From IMG/VR virus record IMGVR_UViG_3300045902_000304: DNA of 64,000 nt; one strand, written 5' to 3'. Below, in pieces: positions 58,689 to 64,000 of the stretch (position 1 is the first letter of the stretch; each line of letters starts with the position of its first letter). The DNA is from an uncultured virus (IMG/VR IMGVR_UViG_3300045902_000304). Lineage: Duplodnaviria > Heunggongvirae > Uroviricota > Caudoviricetes. The position numbers and the translations under genes were made by a program. The notes under the pieces were generated by a model that was not told where the DNA came from, searched no databases, and saw only the letters and a list, made by a program, of their open reading frames with translations.

Positions 58689-60131
58689 ATGAACTCTCCA
58701 TTTGCTCAGATTACATCTACAACCCCCCCTTGGTCTGGAGGTGCAGCAGGCATAGACATAAATGGCGCTGCCAGTTTGTTTTTTGACCAGCTGCAAAAAA
58801 TGCAGAAGTGGCTTAGGCCAACCGAAGCTGTTTATGACGACAAACTGTTTCTTGGCACAGGCTCAATGCGTGCAGATTTACTGGGCATGGATGCCTATGG
58901 TGTTCAAGTAAATACAGACTTGATTTTTACAACCGAAACAGGCACATTGTTTCCGCCTATTAGCGGTGTCAGAACATCAGGCGGTGCAACGCCCGGTGCA
59001 GAGGCAGTTATCACGCTTGATGCAAGTAGCGTTTACTCTATAAATGGCAGCTTTGTATCATCTATTGCAGTAGGTAACATCTATGGTATAAACGGCACGC
59101 CTTACTCTTTTAGGGTAAATGCAGTTACAAAACCAATAAACAGCGCAACGCATACACTCACGGTAAAGCCGGAACAAAATGTGGCATTAAACACAATACT
59201 GTTAAATTCGGTATCTTACACCTTTGTAAGCCGTACAAGGTCTGACAAACCAGATGTTGAGTTTGGAGGCTCTTTGTATCGTCAGTTTGATAGATTTAAG
59301 CATGGCACAGGCTATATCAACACTTCACAGGACTTGACAAGTGAAGATTACAGACAGTTTACTTCTTTCTTGCTATCAACTGGCAATAATGTACCGGGTA
59401 CTGTGTTTGCCGATGATGTAATGACGAGACACGAAAGCGACAAGCATTTCCAAGTGCTGTTTGGTAGCGGTCTCATCCAAGACGGTGCGCCTTCTACATT
59501 AGGTACTTGGAATTACATCACCTCTTTTGGGGAAGGCATGGTGCTACCATCAGGGCTTGAAACAGTTTCTGACGTACAGGACATAGTTCTACAAGCTAAA
59601 ATACGTCAGGCAGGACAAGGGTTGTTGAAATTGTATATGGGTTCAAACAGAAAGTCTGCATTTGATGCCTTGTACGAGAATAGTACATCTAAGTTTGACA
59701 TACCCGAAAAACGCAACGACCAAATTGTGTATGCTTACGGCACAAAAGGCATAATCATTGATGGTGCTATGGTAGAGTTCAAAGAGTGGTTAGAACTCAA
59801 CTCAAACCGTATGTCAGACATTACCACAGGCATTGACGAATACAGAAGCAACTATTGGCAAAATGTGGTAGCGGTGCTGCCTTCTTCAAAGGTTACAACT
59901 TTTGATGCAAGAACCCAAAAAGATGTGACTGTGCCAATGTTCCAAGTAATAAGCAAAGGAGTGCCAGAGCGAGTTACTATGGGCGGTGAACCTGTGCTTT
60001 TACCACGCCGAGTAGTGCTACAAGAGCCATCAGACCTCAACAAAATGGCATACCGGCTGACAATCAATGAGGACTTTGGCGTGGCCGGAACGCTTGTGAG
60101 AAAAGCAGGTTACATTGTACCAACCGCATAA
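58689..60131 (+). CDS. major capsid protein
   Basis: 480 aa, follows portal and scaffold, own promoter and terminator; HFQVLFG...STLGTWNYI pattern. Confidence 0.7.
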   Translation: MNSPFAQITSTTPPWSGGAAGIDINGAASLFFDQLQKMQKWLRPTEAVYDDKLFLGTGSMRADLLGMDAYGVQVNTDLIFTTETGTLFPPISGVRTSGGATPGAEAVITLDASSVYSINGSFVSSIAVGNIYGINGTPYSFRVNAVTKPINSATHTLTVKPEQNVALNTILLNSVSYTFVSRTRSDKPDVEFGGSLYRQFDRFKHGTGYINTSQDLTSEDYRQFTSFLLSTGNNVPGTVFADDVMTRHESDKHFQVLFGSGLIQDGAPSTLGTWNYITSFGEGMVLPSGLETVSDVQDIVLQAKIRQAGQGLLKLYMGSNRKSAFDALYENSTSKFDIPEKRNDQIVYAYGTKGIIIDGAMVEFKEWLELNSNRMSDITTGIDEYRSNYWQNVVAVLPSSKVTTFDARTQKDVTVPMFQVISKGVPERVTMGGEPVLLPRRVVLQEPSDLNKMAYRLTINEDFGVAGTLVRKAGYIVPTA

Positions 60132-60152
60132 ACTATAAACTAAACAACCACG

Positions 60153-60185
60153 TAATAAAAGAGGTATTAAAAACCTCTTTTATTA
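60153..60185 (+). terminator. hairpin/terminator after capsid gene
   Basis: taataaaagaggt-attaaaa-acctcttttatta, 13-bp perfect stem. Confidence 0.7.
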
Positions 60186-60223
60186 TAGCCAAACGAAATA
60201 AAGGTAATAAATAAATAACCTAT

Positions 60224-61180
60224 ATGACCCCAGACGTAATATACAAGCAAGAGAGAGTTAAGTACAACAGGTATGAGCAACTGCCCGAAAAGATGCGTGA
60301 TGAAATAAAGGCACGCATGGATGCTTTCGGCAAGAACGAAATAAAGCTTTTTTATATGCCGAGGCATAATAACCACAGGATGCAAGTAGAAAGAGTGGTA
60401 ACCGTCAATGGTAGCGAAGCTAAAGTACTTACATCTTATGACAGGCCGATAGGCAATATCAGGCTTCAAAGCAGGTGGATAGTAACGCTTGAAATAGAAG
60501 GTGAAATCTATAATTTCCCCTTTGGGTTTATATCAAAGACAACCCCTGACGGCAAGCCAACATGGTCTCCTCCGACAGTAAAAGGAGACGGAACATTTGA
60601 ATTGCAAGGCTCTAACCCGGAACACAGAGAAATCTACAAGGCACTATTAGTTTTCCCTTTCTTTAAGAACAGCATATTTTCTAAAGAATACATCGAGCAA
60701 ATGGGTATTCGTCAGACGATTGAGGAAATTAAGTACAACCAACAAACACAAAATGCGATAAACGAAGTGGATAGAGTGCTTGCAAGAGCTTCGTTCCTCG
60801 ACAAGCTTGCAACACAACAGCTTGATATATTGAAGCGCAAGTTTGGAGTAGATAGCCATGAAAAAGTCATAAACAATGTTAAGGCCTATATTAAGCATTA
60901 TACAGATGCAGAGTGGGATAACTTTTTATCAGAATTAGCTATTGCCACTTTTACAGAAGCTTACGAGCTTGCAGCAGGTGCGTTTATATCTATTGAAGGG
61001 AATGTGGTAACCACTAAAACAGGCAAGACATTTACTATACCAATGGATTTCAACAATATTACCAACATCAAAGACCGAATTACAGCATGGGCAACAAACG
61101 CTCAGGCAGGGAAAGAGTTTCGTACACAAATAATTAATGAGTATCTTAGCGGGCAATACAGCACTAAAAAAGCTAAGTAA
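60224..61180 (+). CDS. hypothetical protein following capsid gene
   Basis: 318-aa ORF. Confidence 0.75.
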   Translation: MTPDVIYKQERVKYNRYEQLPEKMRDEIKARMDAFGKNEIKLFYMPRHNNHRMQVERVVTVNGSEAKVLTSYDRPIGNIRLQSRWIVTLEIEGEIYNFPFGFISKTTPDGKPTWSPPTVKGDGTFELQGSNPEHREIYKALLVFPFFKNSIFSKEYIEQMGIRQTIEEIKYNQQTQNAINEVDRVLARASFLDKLATQQLDILKRKFGVDSHEKVINNVKAYIKHYTDAEWDNFLSELAIATFTEAYELAAGAFISIEGNVVTTKTGKTFTIPMDFNNITNIKDRITAWATNAQAGKEFRTQIINEYLSGQYSTKKAK

Positions 61181-61371
61181 TGGACACATTAGAAACTCTT
61201 AAGGCTAAATTATTAAAGAAATTACAGATAGATGCTAAAAATGGGTGTTCGTGGTCGCAAGAAGCATTTGATTTAAAAATATGCTATAATATTGCAAAGA
61301 CCCGTACATTTATAGGCGATATGATAAGTGCCAACAGGGTGTTGACATTTACATATAACAACTATCGGTGA
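61180..61371 (+). CDS. small hypothetical protein
   Basis: 63 aa, TAATG coupling. Confidence 0.6.
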   Translation: MDTLETLKAKLLKKLQIDAKNGCSWSQEAFDLKICYNIAKTRTFIGDMISANRVLTFTYNNYR

Positions 61372-61377
61372 TTGCTT

Positions 61378-62037
61378 ATGGATAATTTGACAGTAAAATT
61401 CTGGCATCTTGAAAAGATACCGCACGATTGGGAGATAGTTAGCTTCTACGAAAGCTGCTTGTCTTGGAATATATTTAACGGCTCTATTGTAATGGTATGC
61501 AATAGAGCCTTTTTATTGTCGGTAATAGAGCCATTAGAAATAGAGAGCCTGTTTGTGGATATAATAGTGGCGGAGGAGTACAAGCACGGCAGAGCACCTT
61601 TGTACATAGAGTTCCCTTTGGGGACAATATTTACATCAAACACACATTCGCAGTATGAAGATTTGAATAAGTACAACTTTGATGCAACTAAAACTTTGCT
61701 GCATACAGGTGAAAAGGGCGGAGAAATTTCAAGAGAAATTATAGTTTGGAACACCGATAAAAAACTTGATGACTATGTTGCCTTATGCACAGATTACGTG
61801 GCTCAAGGCGAAGATATAGACATTGTAGAGGGCAAGCTCCTATACGAAATGTATAATTATGACAGTGCAATGATTTACCATGATGCGGGGGTTAATAGGC
61901 ACGCATTAAATAATAATCCAAAAATTGCCGAAAACTTTGTAAATTTGCGTATGAAAACCATGCAGCAACACATGGGAGATAAAGCAACCCAAAATCTAAA
62001 ATCAAAGCTATGTCAACTACAAACTTTCCGGGCATAA
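61378..62037 (+). CDS. hypothetical protein
   Basis: ~219-aa ORF. Confidence 0.65.
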   Translation: MDNLTVKFWHLEKIPHDWEIVSFYESCLSWNIFNGSIVMVCNRAFLLSVIEPLEIESLFVDIIVAEEYKHGRAPLYIEFPLGTIFTSNTHSQYEDLNKYNFDATKTLLHTGEKGGEISREIIVWNTDKKLDDYVALCTDYVAQGEDIDIVEGKLLYEMYNYDSAMIYHDAGVNRHALNNNPKIAENFVNLRMKTMQQHMGDKATQNLKSKLCQLQTFRA

Positions 62038-62819
62038 AAATATTCAGAAGCACTGTTAATAACAGAGCGATAGCCATATCCAATAGTGGCACAGGCACTC
62101 CAAATGATGAAATACCTATCCCCACATTATTAACAGGAACGCTTGCCAGTATATCTGGGGCAACAGTTGTAGGTGCGGGTACGGCTTTTGATACAGAAGT
62201 AGAGATAGGGCAAAACCTATACTTTATCAACCTTAACGGAACGCCTATACTTGTGGGCAAGGTGCAGTCAATCAATAGCGCAACAAACATAACGCTAACG
62301 GCCAACGCTTCATCATCGCCTGCATCTGGCTCTACTTTGGCGGTATCTCAAAAGTTTACAGGCACACAAGAGGTATTTCTTGTAAGGATACCAACGGTTG
62401 CTATAAACGATTCAATAAGAGCCATACCAAACATTGCTCAATTAAGACAAGCTAATCAGCTTAACGTGGTGCAGTATTGCAGTTTAAGCAGAACATCAGC
62501 GGTAGGGCAGCCTTTAGTAAATTCAACATTTGCCAATGTGCCATTTACATTACTAAGTCAGAATCAGTTCGCCGCAGGGGCATTACCCAACACAAGATTT
62601 ACCAATGCCGGGCAGCTACCTGCATTTATATGGATACAGATTACCCCTGTGGTTGATGGCAATAATAGATTATTTCAAAGCACGCAATGGCTGCATGACT
62701 GGGAAGAAAATTTGCCTTCAATACAAATAACCTTAAACACTCCTGACCAAACATTAAGAAATGCAGGTTATGTAGTGCAAAGCGGTCAAACAGCAGGAGG
62801 CGCACCATCAACCAACTAA
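62010..62819 (+). CDS. putative virion structural protein
   Basis: TGTLASISGATVVGAGTAFDTE...VQSINSATNITLT beta-rich Thr/Asn/Gly module. Confidence 0.55.
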   Translation: MSTTNFPGIKIFRSTVNNRAIAISNSGTGTPNDEIPIPTLLTGTLASISGATVVGAGTAFDTEVEIGQNLYFINLNGTPILVGKVQSINSATNITLTANASSSPASGSTLAVSQKFTGTQEVFLVRIPTVAINDSIRAIPNIAQLRQANQLNVVQYCSLSRTSAVGQPLVNSTFANVPFTLLSQNQFAAGALPNTRFTNAGQLPAFIWIQITPVVDGNNRLFQSTQWLHDWEENLPSIQITLNTPDQTLRNAGYVVQSGQTAGGAPSTN

Positions 62820-62831
62820 TTTATTAAGCCC

Positions 62832-63689
62832 ATGCCTAAGTTCACATTTAGCACATCTGGGCGGTTGAGCGTTTATTTTGATACAATAAACGCTACACAC
62901 TCTTTTGAAACAGGTGGAGTGGCTGCGGCATACATGGAGACGATTTCAGAATCGGCTTTATTTGAAACGTCTGGCAAGGCTTTGGCTGCTTTTGAAACAA
63001 TAAAAAATGTAGCCACATTTCAATCTGCTTCAACTATTAGAACCCCCTTTGAGACCTTTGGCGACAATGTTACCAAAGAACTATTGCTAAGGATAGGGCA
63101 AATAACTATTAGCAATGATTGCAGCACAATAACTGTAACGGATGATACAGGCGTATTTGAAGCAGGAGTAAATAATGGTGGCTATACACCGGAAGATGGC
63201 ACAGGAACACTACTAAGACCCAAAAGGAGTGAGGTAGATTTATATGTATTGACACAAAACATGACCACCCCTAACGCCCCTTTGGTGTATCATTTTATTT
63301 CAGACCCAACGGCAGTGCCATTTGTAGGTGAGGCAATAATATCTGAAAGCGGTATATACAGGGTGTATATGCTGGCTGTGCCTACGGGTGAAGATGTAGG
63401 TGATGAGCCTTCAATACAAGACTTTGTAAACACTACACTCGGATGGTTTATTGTAGAGGCAGCGATAGTGGTAAACTGCGAACTTGGAGACTGTGTGGCT
63501 ACAAGAGAATGGGATTACTTTGAGCAATTAGAATGCGGTAAGTGCGATAAAACATTTGTAGAGTTTTACTCAAACCTAATGGCTTTGTATGAAGCGCTTG
63601 GCACAAAAGACTATAATTTGGCCAATATCCTATATGCAGATTTGATTAAGGATTGTCAAGATAGAGGCTGTGGATGTAAAAACTGTTAA
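62832..63689 (+). CDS. putative virion structural protein with Cys-rich C-terminus
   Basis: ITVTDDTGVF...NNGGY; ends CQDRGCGCKNC. Confidence 0.55.
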   Translation: MPKFTFSTSGRLSVYFDTINATHSFETGGVAAAYMETISESALFETSGKALAAFETIKNVATFQSASTIRTPFETFGDNVTKELLLRIGQITISNDCSTITVTDDTGVFEAGVNNGGYTPEDGTGTLLRPKRSEVDLYVLTQNMTTPNAPLVYHFISDPTAVPFVGEAIISESGIYRVYMLAVPTGEDVGDEPSIQDFVNTTLGWFIVEAAIVVNCELGDCVATREWDYFEQLECGKCDKTFVEFYSNLMALYEALGTKDYNLANILYADLIKDCQDRGCGCKNC

Positions 63690-63694
63690 GTGTA

Positions 63695-64000
63695 ATGAGT
63701 TTTCTGAACGAATTAAACGAGTACAATGGGAGAGCGGCAAGCAAGATAGCCGAACTAATTGCTCAACGCAATGAGTTAAAAGCTATAGGTGAGCCTGTGG
63801 CTGCTATTAACAAAAAGATAGCATTTATATCACAGCTTAAACAACTTGCCAATGATACAACGCTTAGCGATACACAGCGGCTTGAATACCTCACGTACTT
63901 AATAAACTATGCAGACCTGCTAAAGCAGCCTGTAGTACCTTTTACCCCCTATCAGCCAATACCCAATAACAACCCTTTATTTGCAGGGCAGCACAATGTC
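63695..64000 (+). CDS. hypothetical protein (runs off right edge)
   Basis: Manual translation MSFLNELNEYNGRAASKIAELIAQRNELK..., open to 64000. Confidence 0.7.
   Translation, partial: MSFLNELNEYNGRAASKIAELIAQRNELKAIGEPVAAINKKIAFISQLKQLANDTTLSDTQRLEYLTYLINYADLLKQPVVPFTPYQPIPNNNPLFAGQHNV

Noticed and set aside
20908..63689. Stop-codon reassignment as in some crAss-like phages
   Set aside because: Long genes are uninterrupted under the standard code, and TAG/TGA act as normal stops.

Overview
This window is part of a dsDNA tailed-phage genome, most likely a podovirus related to crAss-like phages. Repeated TAnnTTTG -7 promoter boxes suggest a Bacteroidota host. Layout: lysis genes (1.4-3.2 kb); a leftward early/accessory region with exonuclease, SSB, RecT-like recombinase, HNH and radical SAM genes (3.3-18.5 kb); a ~2 kb non-coding divergence region (possible origin or terminus); GroEL and large terminase; an intein-containing DNA methyltransferase; primase-helicase and SF2 helicase; a GroES-like gene; tail ring/muzzle-like genes; a 3254-aa polyvalent protein; portal, scaffold-like protein and major capsid protein. 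Two IS200/IS605 elements are present (tnpA+tnpB, and tnpB only). Two things stand out. (1) About a dozen whole or half integron attC-like hairpins bracket individual accessory genes. These genes appear inverted relative to the sites, some start inside the hairpin loop, and no integrase is present in the window. (2) A six-member paralog family is built from 29-aa repeats with hypervariable positions. All product calls come from motif recognition by eye; no database search was run.
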